64,000 nucleotides of DNA from Gammaproteobacteria bacterium. Lineage in GTDB: Bacteria > Pseudomonadota > Gammaproteobacteria > GCA-002705445 > GCA-002716945. A program made the translations under genes and the position numbers. The stretch lies in the NCBI GenBank assembly GCA_038142325.1, contig JAYQJW010000002.1, positions 128,001 to 192,000 of the forward strand, given 5' to 3'. The stretch's first letter is position 1. The number at the start of each line of letters is the position of its first letter. The notes beneath the pieces were generated by a model. That model was not told the DNA's origin. It saw only the letters and a list, made by a program, of their open reading frames with translations, and ran no database searches. Positions 42,869 to 54,962 of the stretch are shown here, piece by piece.

Positions 42869-44865
42869 CTAACCAACAATCAATTTAACAAAATCTTTAT
42901 ATGATGTTATTGGTTCAGCACATATCATGCCCGAACAATGATAAGAGATGAATTCTTCATCGGATATTTTACTATTCAATGCATCAGGTAGATTACTAAG
43001 TTTTTTGTCGATACAAATTATATATTTTTTATAATACCTTATATCTTTTTTTATATTGTTCATTATTTCAGAATTGGTACGAATAATTATAATTTCTTTA
43101 TCAATTTCTTTATCATTAAGCAGATTGATTGCACTAACACACGAAGTAAGATTTTCATCAATAGATTTGTAAATGTATTTTAAAGCGCGATCAGCAGATT
43201 GAATATATTCCTCTTTACCTGAAATATATCCCATACGTAGGAGGGTATCAGTAGCATACACTAAACCAGAAGGTATAGAATCATCTGAAATTGATTTAGG
43301 CCGATGAAATAGTCTTTCATGCTTATTGGATGTGAAGAAATATCCGCCTTTGTCTTTATCTTCAAAATAATTTATTAGATCAGCGCATATTCTATTACAT
43401 AGACCATAGTAATCTTCGTTCCAATCTAATGTGAAATAGTCAATGAGGGTGGAGCCTAACAATGCATAGTCATCTAAATAGCCTGGAAAACATGCTTCAT
43501 TGTTATAGCAAGAAAATATAGATTCATTTGTTACCATTTCAGTAATAATGAAATTTAGGGCCCTATCAATGCTAGATTTAATATCTTGATTGTTATTTAT
43601 TTTATATAACTTTATCAAACCTTTTAAATACAAGCAGTTCCAAGAAAGAAGGATTTTTTTATCAATATTTGGCATCTTTTTGTTTTTTCTTAATTCTGAT
43701 AATTTTTTGAAGATTCTCGAAAATTCATTAATATTATTTTTAAAATCATTCTCTTTTTTTCTCTTTAAGTGCAAATGATGGTTTCCCTCAAAATTTGGCC
43801 TATCAAGCTCAAGAAAATATGTTTTTAATAGGTCTATGTCTTTCTTGCCGAGTGATTGTTGGATTTCATCAGTAGTGAATATATAGTATTTGCCTTCATG
43901 CCCTTCAGAATCAGCATCAATTGTTGAATAAAATACCCCTTCTTCAGATGTCATGCACTCACTAACCCATTCATATATGCTATTAGCCTTCTTAAGATAA
44001 AAGTCATCTTTGAATTCAATATAACTATCACAGAGTATGCTCATCATTGGCCCGTTGTCATAAAGCATTTTTTCAAAATGAGGAATCATCCAAACATCAT
44101 CTACGGAATAGCGAAAGAAACCACCATCAATATGATCATTGATCCCACTAACACACATTCTGTCCATCGTGTATTGAATTTTGGTCTTCTCAAGATTTGT
44201 AGAATAATTATCTATATAAAAAGATAAAGATGGAAACTGAGGAAATTTCGGTGCTGATCCAAATCCTCCGTTTATCGTATCCATTATTGAACTCAATTGA
44301 AGTTTTAATTTATCGATTAATGATTGGTCAATTACTTTTTCTTCATTTTCTCTTGATTGTAAATTTTTGAAAACATTAAGGACATTTATGTTTTGACTCT
44401 TAATATCATCTTGATTGTTTTTATAGAACTCAATAACTCTCATCAAAATTTTTTAAATGATAACATTCCATACTTGTCTTCTTTCGGGAAATACGTGCCA
44501 CCAAAAAATGGAAATTTATCATGATCCATGAATATAGTTAAAGGCCAACCTCCGTTTTTACCTGTGATTATCGACTGAGACATCTGGTAAACTTTATCAA
44601 CATCAGGTCTTTCTTCTCTGACTACCTTTATGTTGATGAAATGAGTATTTAAAATATCAGCAGTCTCTTGATCTTCAAATGATTCATGGGCCATAACATG
44701 ACACCAATGGCAGGCCGAATAACCAATTGATAACATAATCGGCTTATTCGTTTTTTTTGCTATCTCAAATGCTTCGTCGCACCAAGGGTACCAATCTACA
44801 GGATTATCAGCATGTTGTTGAAGGTAGAGGCTCCTCTCTTTACTAAGCTTATTCATTTCTTTCAT
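42869..44865 (-). CDS. YyaL/SPATA20-like thioredoxin + six-hairpin glycosidase-like protein (frameshift near 44450)
   Basis: [46 protein letters not shown] and DADSEG motifs. Confidence 0.92.
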
Positions 44866-44902
44866 ATGTGTACGCTCATGCTGTTATAATCTAATTCTAC
44901 TA

Positions 44903-45676
44903 ATGACATACTTTCACGAAATTAATCCAATAATGTTTGAAATCTTCAGCATTAAACTATATTGGTATGGTTTCATGTACGCTTTGTCATTCGTTATTAT
45001 AGACTATTTAATTGTAAGAGCTGCCAAAATAGGGAATATTGAGATAGATCTTCATGTTGCCGAAAGACTGACATTAGTAATATTATTGTTCGCTATTGTT
45101 GGTGGAAGAATTGGATATATTCTATTCTATGATTTCAATTTTTACCTTAATAATATAGAACAAATATTTTTCATTTGGAATGGAGGACTTTCATTTCATG
45201 GAGGTCTAATTGGCACAATAGTAGGTGCGGCATATTTCACAAAAAATTACAAAATTGATTTTTATCATCTTACTGATGTTATAGCCAGATATGCACCCAT
45301 AGGGCTATTTTTTGGCAGGATAGGTAATTTCATTAATTCAGAGCTTTACGGTATTAAAACATCTGGAGACTGGGGGGTCATATTTTCTGTAATTGACAAC
45401 AATCCACGTCATCCATCTATGCTTTATGAAGCATTCCTAGAGGGACTTGTTTTATTTTTGATATTGGCATTTATCTCTAAATGGAAACCTGCTTATGGAG
45501 TTATCAGCGGATATTTTTTACTATTTTATGGCGTCTTTAGATTTCTTGTTGAGTTTGTGCGATTACCTGATGCACACATTGGCTATATCTATTATGATTG
45601 GATGACTATGGGGCATCTACTTAGTATGCCTATGATTTTTATTGGTTTGATAATTATATATAGACGAACATCATGA
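44903..45676 (+). CDS. lgt: prolipoprotein diacylglyceryl transferase
   Basis: [25 protein letters not shown] and RHPSMLYE motifs. Confidence 0.96.
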   Translation: MTYFHEINPIMFEIFSIKLYWYGFMYALSFVIIDYLIVRAAKIGNIEIDLHVAERLTLVILLFAIVGGRIGYILFYDFNFYLNNIEQIFFIWNGGLSFHGGLIGTIVGAAYFTKNYKIDFYHLTDVIARYAPIGLFFGRIGNFINSELYGIKTSGDWGVIFSVIDNNPRHPSMLYEAFLEGLVLFLILAFISKWKPAYGVISGYFLLFYGVFRFLVEFVRLPDAHIGYIYYDWMTMGHLLSMPMIFIGLIIIYRRTS

Positions 45677-46467
45677 AAGAATATCAAGAATTACTTCAGA
45701 AAATCTTAAATGAGGGTATGAAAAAAGATGATAGAACCGGCACAGGTACATTATCTTGTTTTGGGCATCAAATGAGGTTTGATTTAGCTAATAGTTTTCC
45801 GCTTGTAACAACGAAAAAAATACATTTCCCATCAGTAGTTCATGAACTTTTATGGTTTTTGAAAGGAGATTCTAATATTGCATATCTTAACGAAAATGGT
45901 GTAACTATTTGGGATGAATGGGCAGATGCTAATGGTGATCTTGGAAGAGTTTACGGAGTTCAATGGAGATCATGGAAAGATTCTAACGGTAATTATATAG
46001 ATCAAATAACAAACCTAATGAATTCTTTGAAAAATAATCCTAACTCAAGAAGACATATTGTGGCATCTTGGAATGTGGGAGATTTAGATAAAATGAATCT
46101 TCCTCCTTGTCACGCTCTTTTTCAATTTTATATTTCAAACCATAAACTGTCTTGTCAACTCTACCAAAGAAGCGCAGATGTTTTTCTAGGCGTACCTTTC
46201 AACATTGCTTCATACGCATTACTTACATACATGATTGCAAAAACGTTAGAACTTGAGCTTGGAGAATTCATACATACATTAGGTGATGCACACTTATATA
46301 CAAACCATATCGAACAAGCTAAATTACAGCTTTCTAGGACACCAAAGAAAAGACCTACGCTAGAAATTATTAATAAACGCGATGATATTTTTTCATATGT
46401 ATTTGAAGATTTTCATTTAAAAAACTATGAAGCTCATGATCATATCAAAGCTCCTGTTTCAGTCTAG
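45673..46467 (+). CDS. thyA: thymidylate synthase
   Basis: [12 protein letters not shown] and [18 protein letters not shown] motifs. Confidence 0.98.
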   Translation: MKEYQELLQKILNEGMKKDDRTGTGTLSCFGHQMRFDLANSFPLVTTKKIHFPSVVHELLWFLKGDSNIAYLNENGVTIWDEWADANGDLGRVYGVQWRSWKDSNGNYIDQITNLMNSLKNNPNSRRHIVASWNVGDLDKMNLPPCHALFQFYISNHKLSCQLYQRSADVFLGVPFNIASYALLTYMIAKTLELELGEFIHTLGDAHLYTNHIEQAKLQLSRTPKKRPTLEIINKRDDIFSYVFEDFHLKNYEAHDHIKAPVSV

Positions 46468-46472
46468 AAGTC

Positions 46473-46952
46473 ATGTCAATTAAAATTATCGCAGCTCATA
46501 GTAGTAATAGAATAATTGGTAACAAAGGAACCATTCCATGGTTTATAAAAGGAGAGCTGAGAAGGTTTAGAGATATTACTATGAATCACAATGTTGTGAT
46601 GGGAAGAAAAACTTATGAATCGATTGGTAAAGTACTAGATGGTAGAAAAAATATCATAGTTTCTAGGAATAAAACATTTACAGTTGATGGAGCTATTTCC
46701 GCTAATTCTTATGATGATGCGATATCCAAATGTGACTCTGAAAAAGACATATTTATCATAGGCGGCGCTAAATTATATGAATTAGCATTAGACCGTTGTG
46801 ATTATCTTTTGTTAACTTTGATAAATAAAAAAATAGAAGGTGATACTTACTTTCCAAAATATGATCATTCATCATGGACATTGATTAATGAAGTAAGAAA
46901 TTATGATATAGAAAACAAATTTTCTTACACATTTTTATCTTATAAAGTTTAA
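46473..46952 (+). CDS. folA: dihydrofolate reductase
   Basis: IG...IPW, MGRKTYESIG, IIGGA and GDTYFP motifs. Confidence 0.95.
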   Translation: MSIKIIAAHSSNRIIGNKGTIPWFIKGELRRFRDITMNHNVVMGRKTYESIGKVLDGRKNIIVSRNKTFTVDGAISANSYDDAISKCDSEKDIFIIGGAKLYELALDRCDYLLLTLINKKIEGDTYFPKYDHSSWTLINEVRNYDIENKFSYTFLSYKV

Positions 46953-47320
46953 TGAATTACTCTTGGGATTGATAAGACAAATTCTGGTATTTCAGCATCA
47001 AAATAATTATCCTCGTCATCAATCATGTGATAACTTCCCCTCATGGTACCGAATGAAGTTTCTATCATCGTGCCACTGGTGTATTGAAATTCTTCACCTG
47101 GTTGGATATCAGGTTGTTCACCGATTACACCCTCACCTTTTACATCTTGTATTTTTCCATTATCATCTTTAATTATCCAATGCCTAGATAATAATTTTGC
47201 ACTTTTATCACCAGTATTTTTTATTAGTACTGTATAAAGAAAATAATATTTGTTTTCATCTGGATTTGATTCACTGCTTAAATAAGTTGTTTCTACATTA
47301 ATTTTTATTAGGTTATTCAT
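46949..47320 (-). CDS. apaG: ApaG protein
   Basis: LLSRHWII, GEGVIGEQP, YTSG and GTMRGSY motifs. Confidence 0.95.
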   Translation of the reverse strand: MNNLIKINVETTYLSSESNPDENKYYFLYTVLIKNTGDKSAKLLSRHWIIKDDNGKIQDVKGEGVIGEQPDIQPGEEFQYTSGTMIETSFGTMRGSYHMIDDEDNYFDAEIPEFVLSIPRVIH

Positions 47321-47783
47321 AATTTATCTTCTTTTTAATTTTTTCTAGTAGTTTATCTGCTCCCTGTTGCATGGCTGGGGTAAGATGCATTTTAGCATTA
47401 TCTCTAATGCTTTGGGAATTATAACCATTTTCTAATGCGATTACCGACCATGCATATGCAGCAAGTAAATTTTTTTTCGTTCCTAATCCATTCATATGCA
47501 TATAAGCTAAATTATTTTGCGCTCTAGCAGATCCCATCAATGCTGCTCTCCTACAATAATCAAAGGCCACAAAAGTATTTTTAGCTACACCTTTGCCAAA
47601 AAAGTATAAAAGGCCAATATTATATAAAGCCTCCTTTTCCCCATCTGCTGCTTCCTTCTGCCATACTTCTAATGCTTTATTATATTGCCCTTTCTGATAA
47701 TACTTATAACCAATATCATCATTACTTTGGATACTCGTTAATGGGATAGTTATTAATATAAGTAGATATATTATTCTAGGCAT
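47313..47783 (-). CDS. exported Sel1-like repeat protein
   Basis: ALYNIGLLYFFGKGV and AQNNLAYMHMNGLG Sel1 repeats; signal peptide from ATG 47783. Confidence 0.82.
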   Translation of the reverse strand: MPRIIYLLILITIPLTSIQSNDDIGYKYYQKGQYNKALEVWQKEAADGEKEALYNIGLLYFFGKGVAKNTFVAFDYCRRAALMGSARAQNNLAYMHMNGLGTKKNLLAAYAWSVIALENGYNSQSIRDNAKMHLTPAMQQGADKLLEKIKKKINYE

Positions 47784-47826
47784 ATTACATTTAAAAAAAA
47801 TAATGAATTTTAGAAATTGACTAATC

Positions 47827-48159
47827 ATGGACATAAATATCTTTAATAAAATTTTTTCATCATTGAGTAAAGGTAACGAAAATATTAAATCCTCTTTAAT
47901 AAAGATTCAAACCATTCTTGCAAATGAGACACGAGAATCTAATGAGATGTTGAGGATTTATCAAAAATACGTCACTAATAATGAAGATATCTCAAAAGAA
48001 GAGCTAGAAAAAGCAAATCAACAATTTTCAGATTTACTCAAAGGACTGGGTCTTGCAGGAGTTTTTGCTCTTCCAGGTGGCTTGCTTGCTATAGCATTCA
48101 TTGTGAAAGTGGGTGAAAAATTAGGTATTGATATTATCCCTAAAAAGTACAAGGAATAA
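47827..48159 (+). CDS. small hypothetical protein resembling bacterial LETM1-like domain proteins
   Basis: E..EML..Y, KANQQFSDLLKGLG, ALPGG and GIDIIP pattern (recognised by eye). Confidence 0.5.
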   Translation: MDINIFNKIFSSLSKGNENIKSSLIKIQTILANETRESNEMLRIYQKYVTNNEDISKEELEKANQQFSDLLKGLGLAGVFALPGGLLAIAFIVKVGEKLGIDIIPKKYKE

Positions 48160-48822
48160 TTAATCGTCGAAGTAATCGTCTTGTTTTTTAATTCTTAAGC
48201 CATGTTTTTCTTGGACTTTGGTTCCAATAAATAAAGATGGTAATAAGAATATAAAGAATAAATCAACAAAATACCAAAAAGCATTAACATCAAACACGTT
48301 TAATAATCCAGCCATTATTGCATTTATCCATATCCAGAAAAATGGAAGAAATTTGTCAGGAGCAATTACCCATGGCATATGTTCTAACATTAGGGTAGTA
48401 AAATATTTCCCGTGAAGACCATAATAAACCGTGATGAAGACTAAAAATATAATAGTACCCACTATCAGTGAATGAGCCAAAGCTGGAAATATCCCTATTA
48501 TTCCCAGAGGCGCTATAAGAAATGACAGATAACCTTCCCATGCAAGCCATATTAACAATATTGAGATTATTGCATATTTAGTTGCCCTTTTTTCATTCAC
48601 ATCATATGAGCTTCTTTTATAGAGAAGTTTGTATAAAATGAAAACGGCAATTAGGTAGTATGATATCAGTCCAAAGGTTTTTGATGAGAATATGTTGCTA
48701 AGATTTTCTACAACTATATTAAGATGACTTTCAACAGTAAGCCACACTAGAATTGTAGCAATTGATGCATTTACAAACGCCTGAACTCCCTTGGGCGTTA
48801 TCGATTTCCATGGATCTCCCAT
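48160..48822 (-). CDS. hypothetical polytopic membrane protein
   Basis: 220-aa ORF with about 6 hydrophobic segments and a strong AGGAGAGG SD; no family recognised. Confidence 0.7.
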   Translation of the reverse strand: MGDPWKSITPKGVQAFVNASIATILVWLTVESHLNIVVENLSNIFSSKTFGLISYYLIAVFILYKLLYKRSSYDVNEKRATKYAIISILLIWLAWEGYLSFLIAPLGIIGIFPALAHSLIVGTIIFLVFITVYYGLHGKYFTTLMLEHMPWVIAPDKFLPFFWIWINAIMAGLLNVFDVNAFWYFVDLFFIFLLPSLFIGTKVQEKHGLRIKKQDDYFDD

Positions 48823-48876
48823 ATACCTCTCCTATGCAACTTATGATAAACTAAATTTTCAAATTTAACAGAATAT

Positions 48877-49458
48877 ATGTCGAATATTTTTATCATTAGT
48901 GCACCATCAGGTTGCGGCAAGACATCCTTAGTTCGAGAATTATGTGAATGCTACCCTTTTCTCTCACAAACAGTTTCATACACTACACGTCCTATTAGAT
49001 CTGGCGAGGAAAATGGCTCAGATTATATCTTTATTTCTAGGGATCAGTTTGTAGCTAAGAAAAAAAAGAATGAATTTATAGAATCGCAGGATGTTTATGA
49101 TAATTTCTATGGCACCACATACGAATCAATAAATACTATTTTAATTAGCGGTAATGACGTTGTAATGGAAATAGACTACAAAGGAATGCTTGCCATAAAA
49201 TCAAAAATTCCATCAGCAAAGTCTATTTATATTATCCCGCCCAGTATTAGTGAGCTCAAGAAGAGGCTTCTGGAACGAGGTCTTGATAGTAATGAGGTGA
49301 TTGACAAACGTGTATCTGTAGCTGAAGAAGAACTGACATATACTAAGTTTGCAGATTATGTGATTGTTAATGATGATTTTTCTCTAGCATCTGAATCACT
49401 CAAATCACTAGTTTTAATGTTACATATACAAAATCACCATACAATTTTGAGCATATAA
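48877..49458 (+). CDS. gmk: guanylate kinase
   Basis: SAPSGCGKT, SYTTRP.R.GE and YGT motifs. Confidence 0.96.
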   Translation: MSNIFIISAPSGCGKTSLVRELCECYPFLSQTVSYTTRPIRSGEENGSDYIFISRDQFVAKKKKNEFIESQDVYDNFYGTTYESINTILISGNDVVMEIDYKGMLAIKSKIPSAKSIYIIPPSISELKKRLLERGLDSNEVIDKRVSVAEEELTYTKFADYVIVNDDFSLASESLKSLVLMLHIQNHHTILSI

Positions 49459-49470
49459 TCTCTCTAAATC

Positions 49471-49498
49471 TTGCCGAGCTATCATATTCTGATATACT
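49471..49498 (+). promoter_or_regulatory. sigma70 promoter of rpoZ
   Basis: TTGCCG-16 nt-TATACT with extended TG, 8 nt before ATG 49507. Confidence 0.55.
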
Positions 49499-49506
49499 CT
49501 TCCAAC

Positions 49507-49893
49507 ATGGCTAGGGTTACTATAGAAGATTGTTTAGAGAAAATTGATAATGCATATGATATTGTCTCTCTTGCAAGTCAACGCGCGAAAGATATTCTTG
49601 ACGGTTCAGAACCTAAAATAGATTATTCGGGTAAACCAAGTGTTATTGCCTTAAAAGAAATTGCAGAAGGCCTCATTGACATGTCATATTTTGAGACCCG
49701 AAGAAAAGAAAAAATTGAAGAGCAGCTCTCTGAAGCAATAGCTGAAGAGGAGGCAATTGCAGATATAAATGATGATGCTCAGCAACTTGCTCAAACAGAA
49801 CCATCAATTTCATCGGTAGAAAGCCCAGAAGATACTACTCAGATGGACTCCGAGATCTCTACAGAAGAAAATACAGAAGACAAACCTGCCTAA
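49507..49893 (+). CDS. rpoZ: RNA polymerase omega subunit with acidic C-terminal extension
   Basis: MARVTIEDCL...KPSVIALKEIAEG. Confidence 0.95.
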   Translation: MARVTIEDCLEKIDNAYDIVSLASQRAKDILDGSEPKIDYSGKPSVIALKEIAEGLIDMSYFETRRKEKIEEQLSEAIAEEEAIADINDDAQQLAQTEPSISSVESPEDTTQMDSEISTEENTEDKPA

Positions 49894-49911
49894 AAATCTT
49901 ATTCTAGTTAC

Positions 49912-52039
49912 ATGGCTGTAGCTAAAAATAATAAAACTATAGAAGACATAAACTATTCAAGTTTCAAAAAGAAACTACAAAAATATCTTAATTCTTATCA
50001 AATTAAGAAGGTTGAGAAATCATACTTATTAGCAAAAGACGCTCATCAGGGTCAAAAGCGTAAATCTGGTGAGAATTATATTAATCATCCATTGCATGCT
50101 GCATCATACCTTGCTGATTATCAGCTTGATCACGAAACTATAATGGCTGCAATACTTCATGATGTTATTGAAGATACCAAGATAAATTTAAATGATTTAG
50201 AAAAAAGTTTTGGAAAGAAAGTAGCAGAACTTGTTGATGGGGTAAGTAAGCTTGATCGTATTGATTTTAATACTAAAGAGGAAGCAGACGCGGCAAATCT
50301 CAGAAAGATGATATTAGCTATGAGTAATGACATTCGAGTTTTACTTATAAAGTTAGCTGATAGGCGGCATAATCTATCTACCATTAATGTGCTTCACAAA
50401 AAAAAAGCGAGAAGAATAGCGCGAGAAACACTTGAAATTTATGCGCCTCTAGCTTTACGTTTAGGTATACATAATCTCTCGACAGAATTAGAAAACCTTT
50501 CATTTAAAACTTTCTTTCCTTTACGTCATAAGACTCTTATAAAAAACATTGACAAGGCAAGAGGCAATAGGAAACTTTTGATGAATAAAATCCAAACAGA
50601 GGTAATAAAAAAACTTGAATCTGAATCTATAAAAAGTCAAACAACAGCAAGAGAAAAACATCCTTATGGCATCTATAAAAAGATGAAATCAAAAGAACTT
50701 AAATTCTCTCAAATACATGATATTTTTGGGGTCCGTATAATTACAGATAGTGTAGACTTATGTTACCGAGCTCTTGGTTGTGTTCATAATCTGTATAAAC
50801 CAATTCCGGGAAGATTTAAAGATTATGTAGCAATTCCGAAATCAAATGGATATCAATCATTACATACTTCTGTTTTAGGACCACACAATCTACCAATAGA
50901 ATTTCAAATTAGAACGAATGAGATGCATGATCTTGCTCAATCTGGTATTGCAGCACATTGGCTTATATAAAAGATCTCCATCTATAAGTAAATTGTCTAG
51001 AGAGCAGCAATGGCTAAATAATCTTTTGGATATACAAAAGCAATCTGGTAACCCAACAGAATTTTTAGGCAGTATCAAAGAAGATCTTAAATCCTGGAAA
51101 GGTATATGTATTTTCATCAAAAGGAGAGATAATTGAATTACCTAAGAAATCAACATTAATAGATTTCGCATATGCTATACACACTGATCTAGGCAATAAC
51201 TTCGCTTCTGGTACTGTAGATGGAGATATTAAACCACCAAACGCCATACTTAAAAATGGACAAAGAGTAATAATAGAAAAATCCAAAGATTCTAAACCTG
51301 ACCCATCATGGCTGAATTTCGTAACTTCAGTTAAGGCGAGAACATCAATCAGAAACTTCCTTAGAAATATTCATAAAACAGATGCAATAAATCTGGGACA
51401 AAGGTTATTAAAATCCAGTCTGAAAGAATTAGATGTTTCTCTTAAAGACATTCCTAAAAAAACTTTGATGTATATTTTATCTGAATATAAATTCAACACT
51501 TTGGATGATTTGTACAGAGATATAGGTCTTGGAAATGTAATACTAAAACTTGTTGCTTTGCGCATGGCCCCATCTTTTAAAAAGAATAACAGCGAAACAT
51601 CTTATGATATAGAGGGCTCCGAGGGCTAGTAATGTCATATGCGAAATGTTGCTATCCTTTACCAGGGGATAATATTGTTGGACATATCTCACAAGGAAAA
51701 GGTATAGTCGTGCATAGAAGTAGTTGCAAAAGTATCAAGCAACAAAAAGATAAAAAAGATTATATAGACCTTAGATGGAGTGAAGATGTTGATAATTATT
51801 TCAATGCATCTATCATGGTTGAAGTAGAGAATGTTCGTGGCGTCCTTGCTCAAGTATCATCTATTATTGCACAGAGTAATCATAATATTGAAAGTGTAAA
51901 CTATACGGATACGCATGAAGCTGGTCATAACATGATGGTATTTGTTATCTCTGCAGAGAATGTTAATCAAATAAATAAACTATTAGTAAGACTTAATAAA
52001 ATCAATAATGTCTACAGGGCTGAAAGAAAAAGAAGTTAA
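49912..52039 (+). CDS. spoT: bifunctional (p)ppGpp synthetase/hydrolase (several frameshifts)
   Basis: HQGQKRKSGENYINHP, LHDVIED, KLADR, NGYQSLHT, DFAYAIHT (TGS), AKCC.P and ACT domain. Confidence 0.95.
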
Positions 52040-52041
52040 AT

Positions 52042-52776
52042 ATGAACAAATCTAAATTTGGATATAAAGATATAAATATGGAAGATAAAGCCGATAAGGT
52101 TAATGATGTCTTTTCTTCGGTTTCCAGTAAGTATGATCTAATGAACGATATTATGTCATTCGGACTTCATCGTTTATGGAAGAAACAATTTTTGAAACTT
52201 TGTAATTTAGATAATAAAAATAAAATCCTCGATATAGCATGCGGTACTGGAGATATTTCTCTAGGTATTATGAAATATAACCCAAATATTAAGCTCACTT
52301 GTCTTGACCCGAATAATGAGATGATAGAAATATGTAAAAAAAAGTTAATAAATAATGGTTTCATAAATATTAATTATAAAATATCCAGTATTGAGGATTA
52401 TAAGTCCTCTCCAAGAATATATGATTTAATAACAGTAGCTTTTGGTTTTAGAAACTTCACTAATCATGAAAAAAGTTTAACTAATATCTACAATAGTCTT
52501 CAGCCAGGTGGTCAGTTTCTCATCATGGACTTTAAAAAACCAAGAACTAAAATATATTCGAATTTGTTTAAGTTCTACACATTGAAAATTATTCCAAAGA
52601 TAGGAGAGAAAATTGCAAATGACTATCAAAGTTACAGATATCTAGGAGAATCAATACAAACCTATTTAACTCCAGATGCTATAAAAAACTTATGTTTAGA
52701 TGCAGGCTTTGATCAGGTTCGAATAGTAAATCTTCCAGAGGATGTTGCAACTATACATATTGCACAAAAATCATGA
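52042..52776 (+). CDS. ubiE: ubiquinone/menaquinone C-methyltransferase
   Basis: YDLMNDIMSFGLHRLWK, LDIACGTGD and YLGESI motifs. Confidence 0.95.
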   Translation: MNKSKFGYKDINMEDKADKVNDVFSSVSSKYDLMNDIMSFGLHRLWKKQFLKLCNLDNKNKILDIACGTGDISLGIMKYNPNIKLTCLDPNNEMIEICKKKLINNGFININYKISSIEDYKSSPRIYDLITVAFGFRNFTNHEKSLTNIYNSLQPGGQFLIMDFKKPRTKIYSNLFKFYTLKIIPKIGEKIANDYQSYRYLGESIQTYLTPDAIKNLCLDAGFDQVRIVNLPEDVATIHIAQKS

Positions 52777-53347
52777 AAGAAAATTTAATTAATAAAATAA
52801 ATAGCTTTTTAGAACTAGAAGTATTCAAAAATACTTACCAAGATTTAATACCTGAAAAACTTCTTTCTAAAAAAAAATAAACATAAACATCGAAGATATA
52901 TCATTTGATATTTCACTAATATTTGAAAAAGATAAAGTTTTTTTGACAACAAGTTCAGACAAGAATGATGTGACAGTAACTGGAACATTGTCCTGTTTTA
53001 TATTTTATGCATCAAGTAAAGGAAGCGACTTATTCTCATCAAAAATCAATATCAGTGGCGATGTAGAAACCGCCAATGCGCTGAATAATTTTTTCAAAGA
53101 ATCAGATCTACTACAAATAGTCGTTACAAATCTTTTGGGGCAAAAATCAGCTTCAACAATCTTCTCTGTTGTGGATCCTATTAAGGATAAATTTGCTGAT
53201 ATTAATAAAAAGAATAATAACTCTCTCGCTGAATTTCTAAAATATGATATCAATCTAATTCCAACTAAAAGTGAAATTAATGAATTTATTGATCAAGTAG
53301 ATGATATTAAAAGTAGGACTGAGAAACTTCTTAAAAAAATGAAATGA
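52773..53347 (+). CDS. ubiJ: UbiJ-like SCP2 accessory factor (frameshift in A-run near 52870)
   Basis: DVTVTG, INISGD and FIDQVDDIK motifs; lies between ubiE and ubiB. Confidence 0.7.
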
Positions 53348-54962
53348 ATAATCTTTCTAGAATAATTAAAATCATCTATCTTTTTTTCAAATATGATATT
53401 GATAAGTCTCTAATAAGTTCAGATTTAATAGGCAAAAAAATATCTATTTTTTCTTCTACCTTGGAATCTAATTACTTTTAGAAAGAAAATAAACCTTGCT
53501 AAGAATATAAGACTTATTTGCGAAGACCTTGGACCAATTTTTGTCAAGCTTGGTCAAATGATATCTACAAGAAAAGATTTATTAAATGATGAAATTGCAT
53601 CTGAGCTAGCAAAACTTCAAGATAACGTCACGCCTTTTAGTGGTGAAACTGCAAAGAGCATTATAGATCAAGAATTAAATACATCATCTGAGATATTTTC
53701 TTATTTTGATAAAAAACCTATAGCATCTGCTTCAATAGCTCAAGTACATGCTGCAAAACTTAAGACAGGTGAAGATGTAATTGTAAAAGTTGTAAGGCCT
53801 GATATTAAATCCAAAATTATTCAAGATATTTCGCTTATGAAAAGAATTGCTCAATATCTAAATAATCTATCTGATGATTTTAAACGAATGCATTTAATAG
53901 ATATTGTGAATGATTATGAAATGGTTATTTATGACGAATTGAATCTTATAAAAGAGGCTGCAAATGCCAAACAAATTGCAAAAAACTTTTCAAAATCAGA
54001 CTATATATATATCCCTACTGTTCACTGCACTTATTTAACAAGTAAAGTGATGGTCATGGAACGAATATATGGTATCCCTATAAACGATAAAGAAGCATTA
54101 ATGAAAGAGGGTATCTCATTTAAAGAAATAGCGCAAAAATCAGTTGAATTATTTTTTATTCAAGTATTCGAACATAATTTTTTTCATGCTGACATGCATC
54201 CAGGGAATATATTCATTCAGAAACATAATGACACTTTTCGATTTGTGTTAGTTGATTTTGGAATCATGGGTTCTTTAAGTGAATTTGACAAAAAGTACCT
54301 TGCTGAAAATTTCATAGCCTTCTTCAACAGAGATTACGCAAGTGTAGCTAGACTACATGTTGAATGTGAATGGGTCCCTAAAGATACAAATATTCCATCA
54401 CTTGAAAGTGCTATCAGAGAAAATTGCGAATGTATGTTAGATAAACCCATCAAAGATGTTTCACTTAGTGATATTATTGTAGGACTTTTTGATACTTCTA
54501 GACGCTTTAAATTAGAAGTTCAACCTCAGTTAATCCTAATGCAAAAAACACTCCTTTATACTGAGGGCTTAGGAAGAGAATTTAATCCTGAATTAGATTT
54601 GTGGAAGACATCAAAACCAATACTTGAAAACTTGGATGAGAGAACAAAAAGGACCTAAAGTAGTTGCAAAAAAAATCTTTAATAATATTGATAGCTACTT
54701 GGAAATTTTACCTGAGATACCCTCTTTTTTTCGAAGAATATCAAACCATTACAGTGGTAACTCATCAGATTTAACTAAAAATTATGAGCAGCTTAAGATT
54801 ATAGAAGAGAAAATTAACTCAAACAAAAAAAGAAACCATATCTATTTTTCTTTGCTTGTTATCATAATCATCTTAATAGATCCAACTAGCTTACTTGGTA
54901 CTTACAAAATGGAAGCGCTTGTCTCTGTCGCAGCAATAATGTATCTGTCTAGACCGACATGA
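53344..54962 (+). CDS. ubiB: ubiquinone biosynthesis kinase-like protein (frameshifts)
   Basis: [29 protein letters not shown] and DFGIMG motifs. Confidence 0.95.
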
